Source of the DNA: an uncultured Alphaproteobacteria bacterium
GTDB taxonomy: Bacteria; Pseudomonadota; Alphaproteobacteria; Methylaequorales; Methylaequoraceae
Length of the DNA: 64,000 bases
Assembly: GCA_902537615.1 (NCBI GenBank)
Contig: CACBBU010000003.1
Span: 17,647-81,646, forward strand
Reading direction: 5' to 3'
Part shown: piece by piece, positions 37,590-45,538 of the stretch
How the letters are laid out: every line of letters begins with the position of its first letter
How positions within the stretch are numbered: the stretch's first letter is position 1
Notes under the pieces: generated by a model
Seen by the model: only the letters and a program-made list of their open reading frames with translations
What the model was told of the DNA's origin: nothing
The model's database searches: none
Made by a program: the position numbers and the translations under genes

Positions 37590-38657
37590 ATGAAAAATTA
37601 CGACCAACTCATTGACTCGGCATTAGCTGAATTGGAAAGTTGTGAAACCCCCGAATTATTAGATAAAGTAAGAGTCAAATACTTTGGAAAAAATGGTGAG
37701 GTAACAAATATACTAAAGAGTCTCTCTAAATTTTCTCAAGCAGAAAAAAAAGATATGGGAAAAAAAGTAAATTTGTTTAAACAAACTTTTTTTGATAATT
37801 TAGAAAAAAAAAAAAAAGTAATTGAACAAATTCAAATCAAAGAAAAATTACAAAAAGAACAAATAGACATATCTCTTCCAACTCGTGAGGAAAAAAAGTT
37901 TGATTCTAAAATTCATCCAATAACTCATACAGTAAACGAAATCATTTCTATATTAGGTAATATGGGACTAAATTATGAAGAAGGGCCAGATATAGAAAAT
38001 GATTTTTATAACTTCACTGCTTTGAATATTCCGGAAAACCATCCTGCAAGAGAAATGCATGATACTTTTTACGTTAAAAATAATTCAGAAAAGCTTGTTT
38101 TAAGAACACATACATCGCCTGTACAAATTAGAAATTTAAAAAAAAAAAAATTTCCTTTAAGAATTTTTGCACCTGGCAGAACTTACAGATGTGACTCAGA
38201 TATTACCCACACACCTATGTTTCATCAAGTAGAGGGATTGGTTGTTGACCACTCAGTTACTTTTGCAAATTTGAAATGGTTTTTGGAAAAGTTCTGTAAA
38301 ACTTTCTTTGATAATGAAGAATTAAAATTGAGGTTCAGACCGTCTTACTTTCCTTTCACTGAGCCATCAGCAGAGGTAGATATTAATTGTTCCATAACAG
38401 CTGGAAAAATTACTCTTGGCGAAGGGGATAAATGGATGGAAATTTTAGGTTGTGGTATGGTTCACCCTAATGTCTTAAAAATGTCAGGTGTTGATGATCA
38501 AAAATTAAAAGGGTTTGCGTTTGGAATGGGTATTGAAAGACTATCAATGTTAAAATATGGCATGCCTGATTTACGTGATTTTTATGACTCTAATATAAAA
38601 TGGTTAAGTCACTATGGCTTTTCTTTTTTGGAAACTACTGATTTAAGCTGGCGATAA
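37590..38657 (+). CDS. pheS: phenylalanyl-tRNA synthetase alpha subunit
   Basis: HPAREMHDTFY, RTHTSPVQIR, FRPSYFPFTEPSAEVD, GFAFGMGIERL. Confidence 0.97.
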   Translation: MKNYDQLIDSALAELESCETPELLDKVRVKYFGKNGEVTNILKSLSKFSQAEKKDMGKKVNLFKQTFFDNLEKKKKVIEQIQIKEKLQKEQIDISLPTREEKKFDSKIHPITHTVNEIISILGNMGLNYEEGPDIENDFYNFTALNIPENHPAREMHDTFYVKNNSEKLVLRTHTSPVQIRNLKKKKFPLRIFAPGRTYRCDSDITHTPMFHQVEGLVVDHSVTFANLKWFLEKFCKTFFDNEELKLRFRPSYFPFTEPSAEVDINCSITAGKITLGEGDKWMEILGCGMVHPNVLKMSGVDDQKLKGFAFGMGIERLSMLKYGMPDLRDFYDSNIKWLSHYGFSFLETTDLSWR

Positions 38658-38658
38658 A

Positions 38659-41055
38659 ATGAAGTTTACTGTTGGTTGGTTAAAAGACTATCTTGAATTT
38701 GATTATTCTGTTTCAGATCTTTGCAACAAACTTACAAATATTGGTTTGGAAGTTGAAAAAGTTTCAGATCCTTCAAAAACTTTGAAAAATTTTAAAATAG
38801 CAAAAATTTTAAAAAAAATACCACATCCCAATGCAGATAAACTTAGTTTATGCGAAGTCTTTGATGGAAAAGAAAATTTGCAAATTGTATGTGGAGCAAA
38901 GAATGCAAGAGAAAATTTAATAACAGTATTAGCTCCCGTTGGCACGATAATTTTCTCGGGAGAAAAAAATGAATTTAAGATTGGTAAAAGTAAGATAAGA
39001 GGAGAAGAATCCAATGGAATGCTTTGCTCTGAAGAAGAGTTAGGGTTATCAGATTCTTCAGAGGGAATTATTGAGCTAAATGAAAATTTTAAAATAGGAG
39101 ATAAATACTCTCAATATATCAGTGATGAAGACATTATGATTGAGGTTGCAATAACACCTAATAGAGTAGATTGTGCTGGAGTATATGGAATAGCAAGAGA
39201 TCTTTTCGCTGCTGATTTTGGAAAGTTGAAGAAAAAAAAGATTTTCAAAATTGAAAGTAAATTCAAAACTGAGATCAACTTGGTAAATAAACTTAAAAAT
39301 AGTGACTGCCCAGAATTTTCAATCAGACTAATAAAAAATTTAGAAAATAAAAATTCATCAGCAAACTTAGTAAAAAGATTTGAAAAAACAGGCCTTAAGG
39401 TGATTTCATCATTGGTTGATGTTACTAATTTTATTACAGTAGATCTTTGTCGACCTCTTCACGTTTTTGATTATGATAAAATCAAGGGTAATTTGACAAT
39501 TAGGCATTCAAAAAAAGGTGAAAAGTTTTTAGGATTAGACGATGAAAGTTATGAACTTGATGATGGCATGATTGTTATTTGTGATGACAGCGGTGTGATA
39601 AGTCTTGCAGGAATACTTGGAGGTAAAAAAACAGCTTGCGATGATAATACAAAAAATGTTCTGATTGAGTCAGCATATTTTCTACCTGCAAGCATAATTA
39701 AAAGTGGAAGAAAGTTAAATATCCAAAGCGATGCTAGATATAGATTTGAAAGAGGTATAGATCCAGATTCTGTTATTGAAGGAATTGAGTATGCTACAGA
39801 AATGATATTAAAAACTTGTGGTGGTGAGCCTGGAAGTATTGTAAGTGACGGCAAAAAAATTGCTAAGAATAATAAAATACAAGTTGAAAAAGCATTTTTT
39901 GAGAGGATTTTGGGTGTTGAAATCTCTAATCAATTTATACATGACAAACTTAATAAAATTGGTTGTGATTTAGAAGTAAACGAAAATTTAGTTGTGACCC
40001 CTCCTTCATGGAGAAGTGATATAAAAATCAAGGAAGACCTTGTTGAGGAAATTGCAAGACTATACGGCTTAGAAAAAATTCCAAGTATTCCTTTAATTTC
40101 ACAAAATGATGTAAATAAAAAAAAGATATCTGATATTCAGGTGCTAAGAAATAAAATAAAAAAAATGTTAGTAAGTAGAAATATTTTTGAGATTATTACA
40201 TGGTCTTTTACTGACGAAAAAATACAGAAGCTTTTTGGAGAAAAGGATAACTTTTTAAGCATAACAAATCCCATAAGTTCAGAATTATCCTGCATGAGGT
40301 CAAATTTATTACCCAATATTATTTCAGCTATAAAAAAAAATATTAATAAAAACTTTAATAATTTTTCATTTTTTGAATTAGGACCGGTTTTTTTAGGAAA
40401 AGAACCAGATGAACAATTTGATAATATCTGTGTGGTACGATCTGGTAAGATAAATGAAAAAAGCTGGATTGAAAATGAAAGAAATTTTGACTTTTTTGAT
40501 GTTAAAGCTGATTTATCTTCTGTATTAAATTGTTTAGAAATGGATATTGATAACTTTGATATTTTCCGAGAATCAAAACCATACTACCACCCTGGGAAAA
40601 GTGGTTCTTTATTAATTTCAGATGAGATAATTGGCTTTTTCGGTGAACTAAGTCCAGTTATTCTTAATTCATTTGATATTAAGAATAAGTTAGTTGCTTT
40701 TGAACTAAATTTAACCAAACTACTAAAATTTTATAAAAAAAAAGAAAAATCAAAAAATCCATTAATTGCATCCCAATATCAAGCATCAAAAAGAGACTTT
40801 TCATTTGAATTAGATAAAAATATTTTTTCATTAGAGATTATTAAATTAATAAAAACTACCAATAGTAAATTAATTAAAAGTGTAAAAGTGTTTGATAGCT
40901 ACGAGGGAGAAAAAATTAGTGAAAACAAAAAAGCTGTTGGTTTTGAAGTTACAATTCAGTCTAATGAAAAAACATTGACAGATGATGAAATAAATGAAAT
41001 TTCTGACAATATAATTTTTAAAGTAAAAGAAAAGTACGACGCAAAATTGAGGTAA
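38659..41055 (+). CDS. pheT: phenylalanyl-tRNA synthetase beta subunit
   Basis: [13 protein letters not shown]-terminus, tRNA-binding domain, B3/4, B5 and FDX-ACB arrangement by length (798 aa). Confidence 0.95.
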   Translation: MKFTVGWLKDYLEFDYSVSDLCNKLTNIGLEVEKVSDPSKTLKNFKIAKILKKIPHPNADKLSLCEVFDGKENLQIVCGAKNARENLITVLAPVGTIIFSGEKNEFKIGKSKIRGEESNGMLCSEEELGLSDSSEGIIELNENFKIGDKYSQYISDEDIMIEVAITPNRVDCAGVYGIARDLFAADFGKLKKKKIFKIESKFKTEINLVNKLKNSDCPEFSIRLIKNLENKNSSANLVKRFEKTGLKVISSLVDVTNFITVDLCRPLHVFDYDKIKGNLTIRHSKKGEKFLGLDDESYELDDGMIVICDDSGVISLAGILGGKKTACDDNTKNVLIESAYFLPASIIKSGRKLNIQSDARYRFERGIDPDSVIEGIEYATEMILKTCGGEPGSIVSDGKKIAKNNKIQVEKAFFERILGVEISNQFIHDKLNKIGCDLEVNENLVVTPPSWRSDIKIKEDLVEEIARLYGLEKIPSIPLISQNDVNKKKISDIQVLRNKIKKMLVSRNIFEIITWSFTDEKIQKLFGEKDNFLSITNPISSELSCMRSNLLPNIISAIKKNINKNFNNFSFFELGPVFLGKEPDEQFDNICVVRSGKINEKSWIENERNFDFFDVKADLSSVLNCLEMDIDNFDIFRESKPYYHPGKSGSLLISDEIIGFFGELSPVILNSFDIKNKLVAFELNLTKLLKFYKKKEKSKNPLIASQYQASKRDFSFELDKNIFSLEIIKLIKTTNSKLIKSVKVFDSYEGEKISENKKAVGFEVTIQSNEKTLTDDEINEISDNIIFKVKEKYDAKLR

Positions 41056-41056
41056 T

Positions 41057-42856
41057 ATGAGCCTAAGAAAAATAAGAAATTTTTCAATTATTGCTCACAT
41101 TGATCACGGCAAATCCACCCTAGCAGATAGAATTATACAAAGCTGCGGAGGATTGTCCGACAGAGAAATGAAAGAGCAAGTTCTTGACTCAATGGATATT
41201 GAGAGAGAGAGAGGTATTACAATTAAAGCTCAAACAGTTTATTTAAATTATAAAGCGAAAAACAAAGAAATTTATAATTTTAACCTTATGGACACCCCTG
41301 GTCATGTAGACTTTTCTTATGAGGTAAGTAGGTCATTGGCCTCATGTGAGGGATCATTATTAGTTGTTGACGCTTCTCAAGGTGTTGAAGCCCAGACTCT
41401 TGCAAATGTATATAAAGCTATTGACAGTAATCATGAGATTATACCCGTATTAAATAAGATTGATCTTCCATCTTCTGAACCCGAAAGAATAAAAAAACAG
41501 ATCGAAGATGTTATAGGTATAGATGCTTCTAATTCTATATTGGTATCAGCAAAAACTGGTAATGGAATTGACACTTTACTAGAGGCAATAGTTGAACGAC
41601 TTCCATCTCCAGCAGAATTTGATTCTACTAATTTGGTAGCCATGTTAATTGACAGTTGGTACGACACATATTTAGGTGTAATTATTTTGGTAAGAATTAA
41701 ATCTGGTTCTTTAAAAAAAGGTATGAAATTAAAAATGATGGGTACAAAGGCAACATATCAAGTTGAAAGCTGTGGCTTCTTTACTCCGAAACTTAAATAC
41801 GTAAACGAACTCAATTCTGGAGAAATTGGATTTATTACTGCTGGTATTAAACATGTGAGTGATTGTAAGGTTGGAGATACAATTACTGATGAATCAGATC
41901 CAGTAAGCAAACCTCTTCCTGGGTTTAAACCAAGTATCCCAGTTGTTTTTTGTGGTCTTTATCCAGTAGATGCTGATGATTATGATGTTTTAAAGGACAG
42001 TCTTGCTAAACTAAGTTTAAACGATGCTAGCTTTACTTATGAACCTGAATCCTCAGCTGCACTTGGGATGGGTTTCAGGTGTGGATTTCTTGGTTTACTT
42101 CATCTAGAAATCATTCAAGAAAGATTAAGTAGAGAATTTAATTTAAATTTAATTACAACATCGCCATCGGTTGTTTACAGAATTGTACAAACAAACTCTG
42201 AAAACCTAGAAATTCATAATCCATCAGAGATGCCTGATGTTGTAAAAATACAGTCTATTTCTGAACCTATTATTGAGGCAACAATTTTGTTACCTGATGA
42301 TTATCTGGGGCCAGTCATGAAACTTTGTACAGATAGAAGAGGCATACAAAAAAATTTAACATACGTTGGTAAAAGAGCAATGGTGATATATCAACTTCCT
42401 CTAGCAGAAGTTGTTTTTGATTTCTACGATAGACTAAAATCAATTACTAGTGGATATGCTAGTTTTGATTATGAGTTTAAAGACTATCAAGAAAGTGATT
42501 TAGTTAAAGTTCAAATTTTAGTTAACTCAGAGCCTGTTGATGCATTATCCTTTATTTGTCATCGATCCAAATCAGCAACAAGAGGAAAAGTGTATTGTGA
42601 AAAACTGAAGGATTTAATCCCTAGACAACAATTTAAAATTCCCTTACAAGCCTCGATTGGTGGAAAAATTATTGCTAGAGAAACAATTAACAGTTACAGA
42701 AAAGATGTAACAGCAAAGTTGTATGGAGGTGATGTTACTAGAAAAAATAAATTATTAGATAAACAAAAAAAAGGAAAAAAAAGAATGAGACAATTTGGAA
42801 AAGTTGAAATACCGCAATCTGCATTTATAAATGTATTAAAAACATCACTTGATTAA
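41057..42856 (+). CDS. lepA: translation elongation factor 4
   Basis: [34 protein letters not shown]-terminal LepA_C ([22 protein letters not shown]). Confidence 0.97.
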   Translation: MSLRKIRNFSIIAHIDHGKSTLADRIIQSCGGLSDREMKEQVLDSMDIERERGITIKAQTVYLNYKAKNKEIYNFNLMDTPGHVDFSYEVSRSLASCEGSLLVVDASQGVEAQTLANVYKAIDSNHEIIPVLNKIDLPSSEPERIKKQIEDVIGIDASNSILVSAKTGNGIDTLLEAIVERLPSPAEFDSTNLVAMLIDSWYDTYLGVIILVRIKSGSLKKGMKLKMMGTKATYQVESCGFFTPKLKYVNELNSGEIGFITAGIKHVSDCKVGDTITDESDPVSKPLPGFKPSIPVVFCGLYPVDADDYDVLKDSLAKLSLNDASFTYEPESSAALGMGFRCGFLGLLHLEIIQERLSREFNLNLITTSPSVVYRIVQTNSENLEIHNPSEMPDVVKIQSISEPIIEATILLPDDYLGPVMKLCTDRRGIQKNLTYVGKRAMVIYQLPLAEVVFDFYDRLKSITSGYASFDYEFKDYQESDLVKVQILVNSEPVDALSFICHRSKSATRGKVYCEKLKDLIPRQQFKIPLQASIGGKIIARETINSYRKDVTAKLYGGDVTRKNKLLDKQKKGKKRMRQFGKVEIPQSAFINVLKTSLD

Positions 42857-42857
42857 T

Positions 42858-42947
42858 GGAGAGGTGGCCGAGTGGCTGAAGGCGCACGCTTGGAAAGCGT
42901 GTAAACAGGAAACTGTTTCGAGGGTTCGAATCCCTCTCTCTCCGCCA
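42858..42947 (+). tRNA. tRNA-Ser (anticodon GGA), long variable arm, CCA encoded
   Basis: Folded by hand: acceptor GGAGAGG/TCTCTCC, anticodon stem CACGC/GCGTG with loop TTGGAAA, variable arm AAACAG-GAAA-CTGTTT, T-arm GAGGG TTCGAAT CCCTC, discriminator G. Starts 1 nt after the lepA stop. Confidence 0.9.
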
Positions 42948-43060
42948 TATTTTAAAGCCCAAACATATAAAGGCTTCTAGGGACTTCAAATTGGCTTTTA
43001 ATACCTTGGCCTCATACTTAAAATAAAACTATTAAATATATAGATTGATTAATATTTTTG

Positions 43061-43453
43061 TCATCTTCTAAAAAATTTAACTATTGTTAATAAAATTTCG
43101 TCAGTAATCTTTTCAATGGTGTCATATAAAATTCTAAAGAACTCAAATGGATTTAGTAAACCAATTATACGAAAAAACATTATGATAAATGTAAATACAA
43201 AACTATACATCACACCCTGGATGAAGTCTGAACCAGTTACATAATTTAAAAAAAATGTATTAAATAAAAGAAAAAATAAAAAGTTTTTTACAAACCCTAC
43301 CAAAACGGATCCCCAAATATTAAATGGATAGAATTTTGGATTAAGGGTATAACGATAAATTTTAAAGAGAAGTTTTTTCATTAATATTTTTTTTTGTTGT
43401 ATTCTTTTAGCTTTATAACCAAACCCACAAAGATCCAAAGAGAAGTATGTCAA
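43061..43453 (-). CDS. hypothetical small integral membrane protein (2-3 TM)
   Basis: ORF with hydrophobic segments (WGSVLVGFVKNFLFFLLFNTFFL, VMYSFVFTFIIMFFRIIGLL). The start is uncertain: the internal MKKLLFK Met at 43381 is an alternative. Co-directional and probably co-transcribed with 43482..43952. No family recognised. Confidence 0.45.
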   Translation of the reverse strand: MTYFSLDLCGFGYKAKRIQQKKILMKKLLFKIYRYTLNPKFYPFNIWGSVLVGFVKNFLFFLLFNTFFLNYVTGSDFIQGVMYSFVFTFIIMFFRIIGLLNPFEFFRILYDTIEKITDEILLTIVKFFRR

Positions 43454-43481
43454 TTATGATTACTTTTGTGAAATCACTCAT

Positions 43482-43952
43482 TTAATTACACTTTCCATCC
43501 CTAATAACTCTAACCTTTTTTTCATAGTAATTATAGATATATAAATCCTCGGTTGTAATAGTTAAGTACATTTTAGAATCTAATTTTAAGGCACGATTGC
43601 GATAAAATTCCTTTGGAATCTCCCTTCTTTTAGAATCAATGTTTAGTTGATCATTTTTTTGTTTATAACTTCTTTTACTAGAAACAAAACTATCAGATTC
43701 GTTATAGCTGTAATTATTTTCTTCTTTCCACACATTTATATCATCATGTAGAGCATCTGTTGGATATTCCCATAACCATTGATTTTCTGGTTCATGATAA
43801 ATTGAAAAGATGTCGTCTTTATCAACTTCATGATCAGTTTTTTTTCCATTAACTTCAGATAAAAAAGAATGGAATTTGCAATTTAGCTTTAGGGAATAAA
43901 CTGAGCCCGAGGACAGAAATAAACAAACTAGAGTAAGTAATAATTTTTTCAT
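43482..43952 (-). CDS. hypothetical secreted protein (signal peptide, Cys near both ends)
   Basis: MKKLLLTLVCLFLSSGSVYS signal peptide. Mature part begins LKLNCKF and ends RDGKCN. No family recognised. Confidence 0.55.
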   Translation of the reverse strand: MKKLLLTLVCLFLSSGSVYSLKLNCKFHSFLSEVNGKKTDHEVDKDDIFSIYHEPENQWLWEYPTDALHDDINVWKEENNYSYNESDSFVSSKRSYKQKNDQLNIDSKRREIPKEFYRNRALKLDSKMYLTITTEDLYIYNYYEKKVRVIRDGKCN

Positions 43953-44000
43953 CCTAACTAATAATAAATTATAAAGACAATCAATGTCTATATAGAAATA
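43953..44000 (-). promoter_or_regulatory. conserved upstream element copy 1 (TATAAT -10 at 43973-43968; dyads AGACA-N5-TGTCT 43975-43989 and TCTATATAGA 43987-43996)
   Basis: Minus-strand reading TTTCTATATAGACATTGATTGTCTTTATAATTTATTATTAGTTAGGATG. It aligns at about 31 of 37 positions, at the same distance from the ATG, with the region upstream of 45036..45431. Confidence 0.4.
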
Positions 44001-44183
44001 AATGCAAGGAGAAGTAGGAGGAAAAATACACCGGCTTTTTTTGGCTGTTATAGTGTCCTTTATTTTTTTGAATAAGCATAAAAAGGTTTTTGATATTTTG
44101 TCAAATCGTATATAAACACTTCTTGTTCATATGGGATTAATATATATTTGATATTTATAAACTATCCAAATTAATTTGGGGTA

Positions 44184-44228
44184 TAGTAACGACCTACCGT
44201 TCTGGAATAGCAACGACCTTACCGTTCT
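44184..44228 (+). repeat. tandem imperfect direct repeat, 20/21 bp x2 (TAGTAACGACCTACCGTTCT / TAGCAACGACCTTACCGTTCT)
   Basis: Read directly: copy 1 at 44184-44203, 4-nt spacer GGAA, copy 2 at 44208-44228. Each copy contains the dyad AACG-N6/7-CGTT. Followed by AAACAGT x2 at 44234-44247. Confidence 0.8.
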
Positions 44229-44297
44229 TTCTCAAACAGTAAACAGTTTCCGTACATTCAAATTTTCTTGGTTAATAATAACTAACAGGAGAACTAA

Positions 44298-44462
44298 ATG
44301 AAGAAGAAACAAACTAATTATCTTGAAAAAGCAACTAATAGATTTGTTAGAGAGTTGCGAAGAAAAGGTTTAGAAGTCCAAACATTAGAACCTCAAGAAA
44401 GTGGAATATCTAAAATTACTTTTGTTCCAAGAGTTAGAGTAAAGGAAAATGATCATGGTTAA
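44298..44462 (+). CDS. hypothetical small basic protein (54 aa), first gene of a micro-ORF operon
   Basis: Below the track cutoff. AGGAG Shine-Dalgarno 8 nt upstream. MKKKQTNYLEKATNRFVRELRRKGLEVQTLEPQESGISKITFVPRVRVKENDHG*. Confidence 0.4.
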   Translation: MKKKQTNYLEKATNRFVRELRRKGLEVQTLEPQESGISKITFVPRVRVKENDHG

Positions 44463-44562
44463 GTTCACTCTAAAAGAAGCTGATGAAAATAGTGGTATTT
44501 ATAAGACTGGGTTTATAATTTTACCTATTAAAATAAAAAAGAGGACTAAAAATGTTAAGTAG
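44455..44562 (+). CDS. hypothetical micro-ORF (35 aa), overlaps both neighbours
   Basis: ATG inside ATGGTTAA overlaps the upstream stop. AAGGAAA lies 6 nt upstream. MVKFTLKEADENSGIYKTGFIILPIKIKKRTKNVK*. The stop overlaps the next ATG. Confidence 0.25.
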   Translation: MVKFTLKEADENSGIYKTGFIILPIKIKKRTKNVK

Positions 44563-44773
44563 AAAACAATCCAATGAACTATCACAAAGAGTAATTTCAG
44601 TACTGTCAAAAGAGAGATTATCAAAATGCTCTAAAATACAAATACAATGGATGGATCGATTGATAGATCAATCATTAGAAAAAGTAGATAATGACCCAAA
44701 TCAAATAACCAACGAAATGATAGTGGGAATTTATGAGATGGTAACAGAACACCTACAACCATATGACTTTTAA
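44552..44773 (+). CDS. hypothetical protein (73 aa)
   Basis: Track ORF. GAGG 8 nt upstream. Predicted largely helical by composition. No family recognised. Confidence 0.5.
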   Translation: MLSRKQSNELSQRVISVLSKERLSKCSKIQIQWMDRLIDQSLEKVDNDPNQITNEMIVGIYEMVTEHLQPYDF

Positions 44774-44779
44774 AAAACT

Positions 44780-44875
44780 ATGGACGTTCTCACACATCTA
44801 GCCTATGGAAGAGGCTTTTTATTAGCAATCGTACTCATAGGGGTAGCAATTTATTGGTTTTTGAAAAAAAAATAG
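44780..44875 (+). CDS. hypothetical single-TM micro-protein (31 aa, C-terminal KKK)
   Basis: MDVLTHLAYGRGFLLAIVLIGVAIYWFLKKK*. Starts 6 nt after the previous stop. No own Shine-Dalgarno. Confidence 0.3.
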   Translation: MDVLTHLAYGRGFLLAIVLIGVAIYWFLKKK

Positions 44876-44955
44876 CTCAACAAAAACAATGACTTAGTAA
44901 AAATAATTTGACAAAAGCATCTACATTTAATATTCTATTAACATATGTGATTGTA

Positions 44956-44983
44956 AACCTGACTTTCTGTCAGGTTTTTTTTT
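44956..44983 (+). terminator. rho-independent terminator (AACCTGAC-TTTCT-GTCAGGTT + T7), probably bidirectional
   Basis: 8-bp GC-containing stem at 44956-44963/44969-44976, followed by a T run at 44977-44983. An A-rich run precedes it, so it can also serve the convergent minus-strand gene 45036..45431. Confidence 0.7.
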
Positions 44984-45035
44984 GTCTAGATACTATACAA
45001 ATAAAACAAAAGGGCTATTTTTTCCTTCGCCAAAT

Positions 45036-45431
45036 TTATGAAGGACCACAAATAGAATTAATTTTAACATAGTCTGTACTATCAATTGATGGATAAACCC
45101 AGTTTGCAGAACTTGATTCATCTGTAATATTTTTTGTATATCTAAAGTCCCTACCTTTACCCATACTAGTTTTATATTCTATTATACTTAAAATTTTATA
45201 TCTCATTTCATTGCAGTCATACATTGAGTAATACTTAGTACTAAGATTTCCATTCTTTTGTAATTTTTTATAATCCATCAAACTCCAAATAAAAATAATG
45301 TCATTAATTTTTTTTACAGCATCTACCTCAAAATACTCAGTAAAAATTTTATTTTCATGAACTTTTTCCCACTTTGAAAAACAAGGGAACGATACAAAAA
45401 AGACGATAATAGTGTATAATATTTTTTTCAT
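45036..45431 (-). CDS. secreted protein, surface-adhesin protein E-like family
   Basis: Signal peptide, then KWEKV...YFEVDAVKKINDIIFIWSLMDYKK...STKYYSMYDCNEMRYKILSIIEYKTSMGKG...ANWVYPSIDSTDYVKINSICG. Matches the remembered Adhesin_E pattern (W....yid..si......v W.l.dy......S......dC....y.il....y...G.G.......W.......i....C). Confidence 0.55.
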   Translation of the reverse strand: MKKILYTIIVFFVSFPCFSKWEKVHENKIFTEYFEVDAVKKINDIIFIWSLMDYKKLQKNGNLSTKYYSMYDCNEMRYKILSIIEYKTSMGKGRDFRYTKNITDESSSANWVYPSIDSTDYVKINSICGPS

Positions 45432-45482
45432 TAAAATTAAATAATAGATTATAAATAGAACAAATGTCTACATAGAAAGTAA
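45432..45482 (-). promoter_or_regulatory. conserved upstream element copy 2 (TATAAT -10 at 45453-45448; TCTACATAGA 45467-45476)
   Basis: Minus-strand reading TTTCTATGTAGACATTTGTTCTATTTATAATCTATTATTTAATTTTAATG. Paralogous to 43953-44000. Confidence 0.4.
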
Positions 45483-45538
45483 ACACAATTATTTTAATCA
45501 TTGAATTTCATTAATCCGTATTTTATTTTTAAATTGTT

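Noticed and set aside
44002-44115. A 37-aa ORF (MQGEVGGKIHRLFLAVIVSFIFLNKHKKVFDILSNRI) with an internal AGGAGG string.
   Set aside because: The ATG has no Shine-Dalgarno. The strong AGGAGG lies inside the ORF and is followed only by an ATA codon. The ORF overlaps the conserved upstream element of the divergent gene, so the sequence constraint is better explained by that element.
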